Assembly (NCBI GenBank): GCA_963718665.1
Contig: OY970359.1
Coordinates: 928,001-992,000, forward strand
Origin: an uncultured Phycisphaerales bacterium
GTDB lineage: Bacteria; Planctomycetota; Phycisphaerae; Sedimentisphaerales; Anaerobacaceae
Direction of reading: 5' to 3'
DNA: 64,000 nt
Under the pieces are notes generated by a model. That model ran no database searches. It was given only the letters and a program-made list of their open reading frames with translations, and was not told where the DNA came from. Both the position numbers and the translations under genes were made by a program. Of this stretch, positions 1 through 9,896 are shown piece after piece (the stretch's first letter is position 1; each line of letters starts with the position of its first letter).

Positions 1-490
1 AAAGGTCGATCGCGTGAGTTTGAGCGACCGCTTCAATGGTAGTCCAATTAACTTGCATACCATACGGATCAAGGAAGAGAACAGCTCGCCAGTGGGTCCA
101 GTCACATTTCTTACAGAGCTTCTTCAGATATATGTTGGCATCATCATTCTTTACCTTAATATTATCATCGGGGTACTCATCCTGCAACCGCGATAGTTGT
201 GCGGTATTATTTGGTTTGTTGTCGATGAAAATGTACTTGTCAAATTTAGGTTTAACTTGAAGAGCTAAGCGTGCTGAACCATCGAATACCTGCGGAGCCG
301 GTTTTGGGAAAAACCCTTGAATGTTATTTTTTGTGTTTCTGTGAATTGGTGAGTGACTGCCGCTTCCGGCGAAGGCATCAACGTACATTAATTGGAAGGG
401 CTTGTCCTTCATGAAAGTCGTGAATGCAGCCAAATATAGCCCAAGTCGGTATTGTTTGTCTATTGTATGGACTCCACCGAACTGGTTCAT
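1..490 (-). CDS. tcmP: three-Cys-motif partner protein TcmP family (SAM-binding fold); 3' end runs off the window
   Basis: Not in the ORF track. Manual translation from the ATG at 490 gives MNQFGGVHTIDKQYRLGLYL...LMYVDAFAGSG...DGSARLAL...RAVLFLDPYGMQVNW, carrying the YxDxFAGxG, GS and FLDPYG motifs typical of TcmP. Confidence 0.8.
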   Translation of the reverse strand, partial: MNQFGGVHTIDKQYRLGLYLAAFTTFMKDKPFQLMYVDAFAGSGSHSPIHRNTKNNIQGFFPKPAPQVFDGSARLALQVKPKFDKYIFIDNKPNNTAQLSRLQDEYPDDNIKVKNDDANIYLKKLCKKCDWTHWRAVLFLDPYGMQVNWTTIEAVAQTHAIDL

Positions 491-767
491 GGTCGACCTC
501 GGAATTAGTAAGAATAATCACTTCATCTTGCTATAATTTTACCTTCTTTTGTTTCCCGATTCTACCGACAAAACCTGCCCGAATACAATCATTTTTACCA
601 CCCTTCTTCGCCTAAGGGCTACGCAGGGCAGGCGAAGACCACCGAGAACCACGAAGGAAAATATAAATATAATTCTTCGTGCCCCCTTCTTTTCTTCGTG
701 GTAAACCCTGAAAAAACAAGAACTTATAGCGATACACATAAATTCTTTTAGTAAAGTTGCATTTTCC

Positions 768-795
768 TTGACTTGACTGTTTTGTTTGATAGAAT
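768..795 (+). promoter_or_regulatory. sigma70-like promoter upstream of a hairpin cluster and the HNH-AP2 gene
   Basis: TTGACT (768-773), 16 nt spacer, TAGAAT (790-795). Confidence 0.5.
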
Positions 796-953
796 ACTAA
801 CCCGCTGAGTCAGGAGCTCGGCGTAACAGCACAGCAGTGCAAGCATTTCGGGACAGCAGTCCCAAGTTTCGCGCCTTGTGCGCAAGGTAAATCAAAACAA
901 TTTTCGTCTTGTGTTTTGTTGTTTGTTTTGAAATTTGGGATTTTGAAAAAAAA

Positions 954-1023
954 GGGTCCCCTGCTGCGGAACCAATGGAGCAGGTTCTCGGGGATCTTCG
1001 CTTCGCTCCGAGGAGAGGATGTT
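954..1023 (+). repeat. structured leader of HNH-AP2 copy A
   Basis: GGGTCCCC...GGGGATCT stem. 954-993 is 33/40 identical to 11499-11538, and the motif is shared with the copy B leader (62459-62531, minus strand). Confidence 0.75.
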
Positions 1024-1623
1024 ATGAAGACGCGCGTGAACATATCGTTTGAGGTTCCCTGTTGGCTCGAATATATCTGTGTGTGTCCTTTACTTATCTA
1101 TCGCCGGCTGCGTTTCGGCTATACCTTCCGCAAAATTCCGCTCACACAAAATCAGGTTACGATTGTTGACCCCAAAGATTATTACTGGCTTGTTAAGTAT
1201 AACTGGTTCGCCTGCCGGTCGTTGCAGACATGGTATGCACATCGCGCCGCCAAAATAAACGGCAAACGTTCCGGAACTTCGATGCACTGCCAGATTATGC
1301 CCTTACCCAAAGGTCTTCTCGTTGACCACGCCAATGGCGACGGCCTCGATAACCGCCGCGCTAACCTCCGTCCCGCCACTCCCGCTGAAAACGCCCACAA
1401 TCGCCGCAAATACTCCACTCCAACGTCTTCTAAATTCAAAGGCGTTCGCTGGCACAAATACAGTAAGCAATGGGCCGTTTCAATTGTTATCAACCACAAA
1501 TCAATCTTTATCGGCTACTTCGACATCGAAATCGAAGCCGCAAAGGCGTATGATGAGGCGGCGAAAAAATACCACGGCGAGTTTGCCCGACTGAATTTCC
1601 CGAAAGGAACTCCTGTGTTTTAA
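1024..1623 (+). CDS. HNH endonuclease with C-terminal AP2 DNA-binding domain (copy A)
   Basis: HNH motif VDHANGDGLDNRRANLR...N; AP2 motif SKFKGVRW...IGYF..E.EAAKAYD.AA..YHGEFARLNFP; RBS GGAGAGG before the ATG at 1024. Confidence 0.9.
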   Translation: MKTRVNISFEVPCWLEYICVCPLLIYRRLRFGYTFRKIPLTQNQVTIVDPKDYYWLVKYNWFACRSLQTWYAHRAAKINGKRSGTSMHCQIMPLPKGLLVDHANGDGLDNRRANLRPATPAENAHNRRKYSTPTSSKFKGVRWHKYSKQWAVSIVINHKSIFIGYFDIEIEAAKAYDEAAKKYHGEFARLNFPKGTPVF

Positions 1624-1750
1624 CTGTCCGCTACACGCTACCCGCTGTCCACTAATTTGGCCGGATTTACACTGGCATTAGGGTTGCGGTTAGGTATAAT
1701 CTTGTCAAAAATGCCGGCCAGGATGGCCGTAGTGAATAATCCTTGAGGAT

Positions 1751-4700
1751 ATGAGCGCAAAGACGTCAAAACTGATTTTGATTGCGATTGCACTGTTTGT
1801 GTCGGCTGGTTCGGCATACGCGATTGACAACACACAAGCAAAGGCCTTCGCCGGACGCGACGTTCAAATCACCTCTGACGAATTAACCAATTATCACGAC
1901 GCCAACGGCACGGATGTTATTGTCATCGATGGAAAGGTCTCGATTGCGGCAGGCGCGGATACGTTCGCGGGCGAAAAAGCCGTCGTATGGTTGAAAAGAA
2001 ACACGGGAAGCAAAAACATCGGCGTCTGGTGCTGCGTATCGGGCGATATTTCCGCGAAAAGAGGCAACGGCACTCGAATAGTCGGGCTTAACTGGGAAAC
2101 AATCGAAAACGGTGGTTCGACAGGCTCACCACAAGGCAAAATGATGGTTATCAGTTTCGAGGCGACGGGTGAAGTATTCGTTACGGCAAAGAAAATTGAG
2201 CATACAGACGTCCGGGGCGGAGAATTTTACAACTATGCATTCACCGTGACCGCCAAAACATATAAAAACTTCGCGGACCAGTGCGCCGCAGTTTCGCCAG
2301 TGATAGTTACATTGGCGACCGAGGCGAATCGCCCTGCTGCCAAACCAAAGGCAGCGACTGCCACGGAAGGTGGGGCAGGATTTATTGACCAGTTGTTTGG
2401 CCCCGCAAAAAAACCGCAGGCGTCTGTTGAGAAAGTCCCGCAGCAGGTAAAAATACGATACCCCGTAAATTTAGCGCCGGCCGGCGAGCAGGAGCCAAAT
2501 ATCGAATGGGGTATCGCAACATCGCCCGCCGCGGACGGCTCATCAAAAACCGAGGAATTAGCGACGGTAATAGGGCGATTTTACCTGTGGCAAAAACAGG
2601 ATGAGCAGGGCCGATTGCTGGAAATGCAGGCGGACAACGCGGTTGTATTTTACGCCGGCGAAAAAACCGGCGAAGGCGAAGAATCGGGCGGGGTAAAGGA
2701 CATCGGGACAAAAGGGGCAATTAAGGCAATTTACGTCCGCGGCGACGTCGTTATGACCGAGGGGTTGCGCACGATACGAGCCGACGAGATGTATTATGAT
2801 TTTGAGAACAAAAGAGGTCTTGCAGTCAACGCGACGATGCGAACATTCGATGTCGAGCGCGGGGTACCTATATATGTCAGGGCTGCCAAAATCAGGCAGG
2901 TGGCAGAGGGCAAATTCACCGCCGACAACGTGGTCGTAACAAGCAGCGAGTTCGCCACCCCCCAGGTTTCGCTTAATGTGTCGAACATCATCGTTACCGA
3001 TACGACAACAATAGACCAGGAGGCGGGTCAGAGCAAAGACAGCAGTTACGACGCGCAGATGTGGGATATCCGGCTGAAAACCGAAGATACAACGGTATTT
3101 TATTGGCCCTATATGCGGAGCAATCTCGAAAGGCCGGACACGCCCCTCAAGAGTTTGCGTATCGGCAACGACAATATCTGGGGCACAACGATAGAGTCGC
3201 GGTGGTTTTTGTCTCGATTGCTTGGTCTGCGCGAGCCGGATGGAACCGATGAAACATTCGATTTGGATTACCTCAGCAAGCGGGGCGTCGGCACGGGAAT
3301 GGACGTGGATTACCAGCAGGATGAACGGCTGGGGAAAATCACGAGCTATTTAATCGACGACAGGGGTGAAGACCGGCTGGGACGGGTTGCCTTCAGGCGA
3401 AACCTCAAACCGCCGGAAGATTTACGCGGAAGATTCAGCTGGGTCAACCGGGAATTTATGCCGTATAACTGGCAGGTTACAACGGGCATCGATTACGAAT
3501 CGGACGAAAACTTCCTCGAAAGTTACCGCAGACACGAGTATAACACCGGCCCCGACCGCGAAACGTATATACACCTCAAAAGAATCGAAGATAACTGGGG
3601 TCTCGCGTTTCTGGTTAAGGGGCGGATTAACAATTTCGCCGACGAATTGGATGAGATGCCGACAGGCGAATATCACCTGACGGGCCAGTCGATTTTCGAC
3701 GACAAGATGACGCTGTACAGCGACACCTATAGCGGGCGATACAGACAAGAAATAGGCAAGAATCACACAACGGAAATGGACCAGGATTATTTCGGGTTTG
3801 GCACGCACAGGACCGAGGTTGATTTGCCGATGTGGACCAATGAAGCGGCGGTAAAAGTGGTGCCTTTCGCCGCGGGAACGGTTGGCTATGACGGACGCAG
3901 CGGGTTTGACAGGTCGCTGGTGGACGGCAGCGACACCGGCAAAGTCGGTGATGAAACCGTTGGAATCGGCGAATTTGGAGTGCGCAGCTCAACCGAGTTC
4001 TGGAAAATATACCCCGACGTCAACAGCCGATTGTGGGACCTAAACGGATTACGACACATCATAACGCCCGGCGTAAGCACTTCGATTTACGGGGCAAGCG
4101 ACACTGAGGTCAAGCAGCACAACGCGGCACATGTAGAGCTGACGCAACTATTGCAGACAAAACGCGGTCCCGATGAACATATTGCGGACTGGATGCGGCT
4201 TAATATGGGCATGACGTGGTTCGAGGATAACGACAAGAGGACGACCGGTTCGGGACCATACAGATATTTATGGAATAATCCTATGACGCCCTTACGGACG
4301 TTAGCTGCGCCGGAAATATTGAACGGCGACCTCGACCATGGACTTAAGAGATTCGAGACATACGGGCCGGTGAGAGATTACTTCGATACCGACTATATGT
4401 GGCAGATAAGCGACACTACGGCATTGTTGAGCAGCGGGTATTATGACATTCACAGCGGGACCGTCGAACAGTTCGATATCGGGTTTTCGCGGACGAGATT
4501 GCCCGACCTGAGCTATTACGTCGGCACCAGGTACCTGCAGGACGTCAACGTGCTGAACAAACACGGCTCCAACGCCTTTGTGTGCGCGGTAAGCTATGTC
4601 CTCGACTCGCGATACACCGTTGTTTTCTCGCAGCAGTATGATTTCCAATACAGGGCAAACGTTGAAAGCGAAATAACGCTCATCAGGCGTTATCACCGGA

Positions 4701-4840
4701 TGTTCTGGTCGATATCAGCCAGCACGGACGCGTCGCTCGACCGCCAGTCGATTATGTTTAACATCTGGCCGGAAGGCGTGCCGGAATTAGTGACAGGCAG
4801 CAGACGATACTCCAGCTTAAGCAGCCCCGGCGAGCAGTAA
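1751..4840 (+). CDS. LPS-assembly LptD/OstA-like outer-membrane beta-barrel protein
   Basis: Signal peptide; OstA-like segment (IYVRGDVVMTEG..IRADEMYYD); aromatic-rich beta-strand C-terminal half; 1029 aa. Confidence 0.7.
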   Translation: MSAKTSKLILIAIALFVSAGSAYAIDNTQAKAFAGRDVQITSDELTNYHDANGTDVIVIDGKVSIAAGADTFAGEKAVVWLKRNTGSKNIGVWCCVSGDISAKRGNGTRIVGLNWETIENGGSTGSPQGKMMVISFEATGEVFVTAKKIEHTDVRGGEFYNYAFTVTAKTYKNFADQCAAVSPVIVTLATEANRPAAKPKAATATEGGAGFIDQLFGPAKKPQASVEKVPQQVKIRYPVNLAPAGEQEPNIEWGIATSPAADGSSKTEELATVIGRFYLWQKQDEQGRLLEMQADNAVVFYAGEKTGEGEESGGVKDIGTKGAIKAIYVRGDVVMTEGLRTIRADEMYYDFENKRGLAVNATMRTFDVERGVPIYVRAAKIRQVAEGKFTADNVVVTSSEFATPQVSLNVSNIIVTDTTTIDQEAGQSKDSSYDAQMWDIRLKTEDTTVFYWPYMRSNLERPDTPLKSLRIGNDNIWGTTIESRWFLSRLLGLREPDGTDETFDLDYLSKRGVGTGMDVDYQQDERLGKITSYLIDDRGEDRLGRVAFRRNLKPPEDLRGRFSWVNREFMPYNWQVTTGIDYESDENFLESYRRHEYNTGPDRETYIHLKRIEDNWGLAFLVKGRINNFADELDEMPTGEYHLTGQSIFDDKMTLYSDTYSGRYRQEIGKNHTTEMDQDYFGFGTHRTEVDLPMWTNEAAVKVVPFAAGTVGYDGRSGFDRSLVDGSDTGKVGDETVGIGEFGVRSSTEFWKIYPDVNSRLWDLNGLRHIITPGVSTSIYGASDTEVKQHNAAHVELTQLLQTKRGPDEHIADWMRLNMGMTWFEDNDKRTTGSGPYRYLWNNPMTPLRTLAAPEILNGDLDHGLKRFETYGPVRDYFDTDYMWQISDTTALLSSGYYDIHSGTVEQFDIGFSRTRLPDLSYYVGTRYLQDVNVLNKHGSNAFVCAVSYVLDSRYTVVFSQQYDFQYRANVESEITLIRRYHRMFWSISASTDASLDRQSIMFNIWPEGVPELVTGSRRYSSLSSPGEQ

Positions 4841-4992
4841 CCCTGATTTCGGGACACATAAGCCGACCGGCCAAAAGCGGGCAAGTTCGAGCGAACAAAC
4901 CTCTATCACCTAATGTAAAAACTCCACGCACTAACCACTTTGCCGGCACGGTTATTTGAGGTATAATGGCGGGTGATATGAGGCGACAAAAT

Positions 4993-5861
4993 ATGAAATT
5001 TACGAAAATGCACGGTATCGGCAATGACTACGTCTTCGTGGATTGCTTCCATGAACGCGTAACGAATCCGGCGAAAGTCGCAAGAGAAATAAGCGACAGG
5101 CACTTCGGCGTTGGGTCTGACGGCCTGATTCTGATTTGTCCATCCAAAAAAGCAGACGCCCGAATGCGGATATTTAACGCCGACGGCTCGGAAGCGGAGA
5201 TGTGCGGCAACGGAATCCGCTGCGTCGCAAAATACGTCTATGAAAAAAACATCGCCAAAGCCCGCGGGCCCGTTGCAATGGGCAACGGGACGAAATACCC
5301 GGCGTCGCTCAAAATCGAAACCGGCGCGGGTATCATGACCGTCGGTCTGGCTTTGCAGAATAAAGAGGTGCAGAAGGTCTGCGTTAATATGGGCAAGCCG
5401 AGATTCAGGCCCAAAGAAATACCCGTGAAACTCCCGGGCGAAAGGGTTATCGAACATAAAATCGAGGTTGCCGGCGAGGAATTGGCTATGACGTGCGTCT
5501 CAATGGGAAATCCGCACGTGATATTTTTCTGCGACGACGTCGCGGCGGTCGAGCTTGAAAGTATCGGCCCGGAGATTGAGAACCACAATTTGTTCCCCAA
5601 AAGAACAAACGTGCATTTCGTCGAGATTAAAAGCCGAGACGAATTTACGATGCGAACCTGGGAGCGAGGCAGCGGGATAACGCTTGCCTGCGGAACAGGC
5701 GCCTGCACTGCGCTGTCGCCGCGGCCGTAACAGGTCGATGCAGCAGGTCATCAACCGCCCAACTGCCCGGCGGGCAACTGCAATTGAACTGGTCAACCGA
5801 AGACAACTGCGTCTATATGACGGGGCCGGCAGTCGAGGTTTTCCAGGGCGTCTGGTCATAA
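4993..5861 (+). pseudogene. dapF: diaminopimelate epimerase, frameshifted near 5707-5712 (assembly error or recent pseudogene)
   Basis: MKFTKMHGIGNDY, EMCGNGIRC and ERGSGITLACGTGAC motifs. The conserved C-terminus (AVAAAVTG...LPGGQL...VYMTGPAVEVFQG) continues in another frame to TAA at 5859-5861. Confidence 0.85.
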
Positions 5862-6031
5862 TTTTAGCGTAAAAAACACGCCTTATCACACTCAAAACAC
5901 GGATATGTTGCTTTTTGTCAACATCAATGCTTGACAAAATCAACGTAACCATTATCATTGATGTTGTAAATCATTTCGGATTTCGGACAGTTCACGGGCA
6001 GGGAACGCCCCAAAATGGGAGCCGGGTAGCG

Positions 6032-7417
6032 ATGGCTGAAAAGACAATTCTCGTGGTGGATGACGACAAGGTAATCCGCGATTGCCTGACGGAGTTTTTG
6101 AAGACCGAGGGATTCAAAACGGGCGTCGCAGCGACAGTCAAAGACGCTGCCGCTGAGCTGGAAAAGCAGGATTACGCGCTTGTCATTACCGAAATCAACC
6201 TGCCCGACGGCGACGGCTTTCAATTGTTGGATTTAGTAAGGCATAATCATCCTCAGACCGTTGTCGTGGTCATCACCGGCTATGGCACTATCGAAAGCGC
6301 GGTGCGGGCGATAAAGACCGGGGCTTATGATTATCTCACCAAGCCGATTAACGACGACGAGCTGCGCCTCGCGGTTACACGCGCGATAAAACAGCAGTCG
6401 CTCATCAGTGAAAACGTCAGCTTGCGCTCACTGCTTGAGCAAAGATACAGTTTGGACAACATACTTAGTCATGATTATAAAATGGCGAGGATATTCGAGT
6501 TAGTGGAGGCCGTGGCGGACAGCAAAACCACGATTCTTATGACGGGGCCGTCGGGAACGGGCAAAACGATGCTCGCCCGCGCGATTCATCACCACTCCGG
6601 CAGACGCAAAGAGGCCTTTATTGAAGTAAGCTGCGGCGCGCTACCCGAAACGCTCCTCGAAAGCGAACTCTTCGGCCACATTAAAGGCAGTTTTACGGGC
6701 GCGGTGGCAAACAAGAAGGGAAAATTCTTAGCGGCGGATGGGGGGACGATATTTTTGGATGAGGTTGGCAACGCGTCGCCCGCGCTGCAGGTGAAATTGC
6801 TTCGGGTGCTGGAAGACAGGCAGTTTGAGCCGGTGGGAAGCAATAAGACGATTACGGTTGACGCGAGGATTATATTAGCAACGAACAGAAACCTGATCGA
6901 GGAGGTCAAGCAGGGCAGGTTCAGGGAGGATTTGTATTACAGAATCAACGTCGTTACGATAAATCTGCCTGCGTTATCGGAGAGGGTTGGGGATATTGAG
7001 CTATTGGCCAAGCATTTTTTGAAGAGATACAGCGGGCAGCACAACAAAAAGAAGCTGGGAATAACCGATGAGGCAATGGGGTTTCTGGAACGTTATCCCT
7101 GGCCGGGCAACGTGCGAGAGCTTGAGAACGTGATTGAGCGGGCGGTGCTGCTGGGTAAGGGCAGCTTCGTAACGCCCGACGATTTGCCGGCGGTCATCAG
7201 GCAGGAGCAGGTCATCCAGGGGCCGGAGTATAAGGCGGTGAGTTTGAAAAAGGCGGTCGCTGAGCCGGAGAAAAATATCATTCGCCAGGCGCTTGAGGCG
7301 CACAAATGGAACAGGCAGGAGACGGCGGACGCACTTGGTATTAACCGCACGACGCTTTTTAAGAAGATGAAACGCTACGGACTTTATGCGGAGGCCGAGC
7401 GGTTAGGGCTTATGTAG
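6032..7417 (+). CDS. sigma54-dependent NtrC-family response regulator (REC-AAA+-Fis HTH)
   Basis: ILVVDDD receiver; Walker A GPSGTGKT; ESELFGHIKGSFTGA; WPGNVRELEN; C-terminal HTH. Confidence 0.95.
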   Translation: MAEKTILVVDDDKVIRDCLTEFLKTEGFKTGVAATVKDAAAELEKQDYALVITEINLPDGDGFQLLDLVRHNHPQTVVVVITGYGTIESAVRAIKTGAYDYLTKPINDDELRLAVTRAIKQQSLISENVSLRSLLEQRYSLDNILSHDYKMARIFELVEAVADSKTTILMTGPSGTGKTMLARAIHHHSGRRKEAFIEVSCGALPETLLESELFGHIKGSFTGAVANKKGKFLAADGGTIFLDEVGNASPALQVKLLRVLEDRQFEPVGSNKTITVDARIILATNRNLIEEVKQGRFREDLYYRINVVTINLPALSERVGDIELLAKHFLKRYSGQHNKKKLGITDEAMGFLERYPWPGNVRELENVIERAVLLGKGSFVTPDDLPAVIRQEQVIQGPEYKAVSLKKAVAEPEKNIIRQALEAHKWNRQETADALGINRTTLFKKMKRYGLYAEAERLGLM

Positions 7418-7576
7418 TCGCAAGACACGGACAGACGCGGACTCTAAAAACACACGGACTGGCACAGACACAAGACGCAGGATGCAAGGGAGAAGGCAGA
7501 AGTTAGAAGGCAGAGGGTGGAAATCAGGTCATTAGGATACCAGAGTATCAGGAAATAAGGCAGAGGGCGGCTATCT

Positions 7577-7882
7577 TTATTTTTCCTCTTTGGGCAGCTC
7601 GTACATTCCGTGGCCGCTGTTGCGGAGTTTGCCCAGCCGGCACAATTCCTCCCAGACCTCGCGAGGAAACTGGTTTGGCGGCTGTATCGCGTAAACGCCC
7701 TTGGCCCCGCTCGAAAAAGGCCCGCGTCCGAGATTCGAATCGTCATCGAGCGCAGTAAGTTTGAGCCGTTTCTTGAACGCCTTCATCGCGCTCTTGAGCG
7801 TCTCCGGCGTTATGCTACTTGCCTGAGCCGGCAATTCGTTAGCCGGGGGAATGCCGGACCCTTGCTGCTGGTTATCTGTCAT
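7577..7882 (-). CDS. small conserved hypothetical protein
   Basis: 101 aa ORF from the ATG at 7882 with AFKKRLKLT.LDD.S.LG.GP...PPNQFP.EVW; no function recognised. Confidence 0.7.
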   Translation of the reverse strand: MTDNQQQGSGIPPANELPAQASSITPETLKSAMKAFKKRLKLTALDDDSNLGRGPFSSGAKGVYAIQPPNQFPREVWEELCRLGKLRNSGHGMYELPKEEK

Positions 7883-7970
7883 ATCTGCCTCCGTTCTCGT
7901 TTTAAATTTAAGCCACAGAGATATTATAGCCACAGAGGGCACAGAGAAATATTTTCGACCCCGATAAAGT

Positions 7971-8555
7971 TTACTTAGCGTTCTTCTTAGGGGCATTTGG
8001 TTCTGTTTTAGCCGCATTCGGGTCGGCCTCGACCTTAGTCGCCTCCGGGCCAAATACGACAACATCGTCAACAAAGAAATTAATGCCCGGCGACGGGCCT
8101 TCCAAGTAAACATCTAATGTTGTCAAAGTCCCGCTGGCGCTAAGTGTGAATTCTCCTGAAAGCTCGACCCATTCAGTTTTGCTCGCCGTTGCCTTGGCAA
8201 CATTCTTATATTTGGTGCCCTTGTCGTCGGCCTGTTCGATGGATATCGTTATGGTATTGGCATCTGCGTTTTCCAGGCGAACCCACGCTGAAATCTTATA
8301 TGTCTTTCCATTCAATACTTTGCCCAGCAGGGACTGTTTTATCCCCTGCCACTCCGCGGTCCTGCCGAACACCTTTGCGCTTTTTGCGCCGCTGTGAACC
8401 GGCGTTGTTACCGCCTCGATTTTGCACGACCTGTCTGACCAATCTTCGATTCCGTTTTCAAAACCGGGATTTTTCAGCACGTTGGCATCGCCGAACGCCG
8501 GCGTAAATGACACAAGCAAACTTAAAAGCAGGCATGAACACATATACTTAATCAT
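7971..8555 (-). CDS. secreted CBM4/9 carbohydrate-binding domain protein
   Basis: Signal peptide; NPGFENG..W, GRTAEWQG, YKISAWV and FFVDDV motifs. Confidence 0.85.
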   Translation of the reverse strand: MIKYMCSCLLLSLLVSFTPAFGDANVLKNPGFENGIEDWSDRSCKIEAVTTPVHSGAKSAKVFGRTAEWQGIKQSLLGKVLNGKTYKISAWVRLENADANTITISIEQADDKGTKYKNVAKATASKTEWVELSGEFTLSASGTLTTLDVYLEGPSPGINFFVDDVVVFGPEATKVEADPNAAKTEPNAPKKNAK

Positions 8556-8651
8556 TTTATCAATCCCTCAATAAACATTTACTAAAGTTGTTATCGCTAC
8601 ACTCGTTAACAGGTTACTTTTATCATCTGAATCTGTCAAGTGGGCAAAAGG

Positions 8652-8682
8652 TTTTACCGCGGAGAACGCTGAGACCGCGGAG
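8652..8682 (+). repeat. period-9 repeat (ACCGCRGAG family), single arm
   Basis: ttttaccgcggagaacgctgagaccgcggag; related copies at 21969, 48525 and 54881. Confidence 0.75.
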
Positions 8683-8924
8683 ATTTTTTTAGACACGGAT
8701 TAACACGGCTTTAGCAACCTCAAAGAATCTTTAGACGCTAAGAAGGGAGAAGATACTCGATACTGGATGCTCGATACTCGAAGGCGGGGGCAGGTAAATC
8801 TTGTTGGAAACTCACCGCGAATGTCGGTAGAATCGATAAGTAATGCAAAAATAAAAGAGCAAAAAGTAAAAATAAAAATTATGGCAGACGGAAAAACGAT
8901 TGCTGCCTCCCTCTTTCTAATCCT

Positions 8925-9710
8925 TTATCGTTTCTGGACAACAACAAACTGACAGTTGAAAAATGCGCTTGATAAGAAAGCAATTATATTTGCCTTATCT
9001 TTTCTCTGCTGACTTTCCATCAATTTTTCAATTATACTGCTCAACGGCATCTCCGTTGTTTTCTGGAGTATCGTTGTCAGCGTTTCGAATACTTTATCTA
9101 AATGTACCGACAACGGCATATCACCAATTTTATCTAAGGACTTCTCAACATCCGAACTAAATCTCTCAAAACCATAATCCCCTTTTAATTCTTTAGGACT
9201 TGAGTAAAAGTGCCAAGGCCCCTCAAGCCTGAAAGAAATGTGATGCCATTCTTCATCGATAAACCGTCCCTGAATGCCATCAAAAGAAGGTCTGACAAAA
9301 ATCGAGTTTTTGCAAACAACCCTATTGGCGTAATGGACTGCAAGTTCTTGTGGGCTGTGAAATGCTGGCGCAACATAATATACTTGCTCTCCTTTATCTT
9401 CAAGGTCAAGTAGCAAAATATGCTGTCTTGAACGATTGATATTTATAAGATACATGCGATAGACAGGAGAACCTTCTGAGAAAAATCCATCCCTTACTTC
9501 TTTAGCATAGCTCCTTATCATACAGTCTGTGAGTTTGAATTGGAAAAAGTATGACAAACCAGGCCTGTCTAATCTCACATCATATCCCAAGTTAGCTTCC
9601 TGCCGTAAAGAAGGGAAAAAAGGTACAGCAATCAATTCTCTACCGGGCCAGTTCACCATCTCGTTAACAATTGCAAATCCATAAGAGAACTCGGAGATAA
9701 TAGGTTTCAT
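8925..9710 (-). CDS. putative PD-(D/E)XK-fold nuclease
   Basis: SEFSYG...PSL.QE..LGYDV....FFQFK resembles a restriction-endonuclease-like D...QxK core; AT-rich. Confidence 0.55.
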   Translation of the reverse strand: MKPIISEFSYGFAIVNEMVNWPGRELIAVPFFPSLRQEANLGYDVRLDRPGLSYFFQFKLTDCMIRSYAKEVRDGFFSEGSPVYRMYLININRSRQHILLLDLEDKGEQVYYVAPAFHSPQELAVHYANRVVCKNSIFVRPSFDGIQGRFIDEEWHHISFRLEGPWHFYSSPKELKGDYGFERFSSDVEKSLDKIGDMPLSVHLDKVFETLTTILQKTTEMPLSSIIEKLMESQQRKDKANIIAFLSSAFFNCQFVVVQKR

Positions 9711-9896
9711 TATTCCCTCTAAATGCTTTCCGTAACCATAAATCTTTTAATCTTCCGACCTTAAGGTAACAGTATAATACTAAACAGCAAAAAAAGACAA
9801 GTATTTTTGGGTTAACAGGAATAATTGGCCCTTGAAAACCGGGCAGTATTGGGTAGAATTGGAGACAACACCAAAAGCAATGTGAGGAATTGACTT

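Noticed and set aside
916..1023. N-terminal extensions of the HNH-AP2 ORFs in the track (also 62459-62533)
   Set aside because: They are translations of the structured leader. RBS position and paralogue alignment place the starts at 1024 and 62458.
801..1623. IscB/HEARO (OMEGA) system
   Set aside because: The protein has no PLMP or RuvC motifs; it is a short HNH-AP2.
7883..8113. Extended 178-aa version of the 7577 ORF
   Set aside because: It overlaps the CBM gene on the same strand and runs through a CACAGAG repeat; the ATG at 7882 is more plausible.
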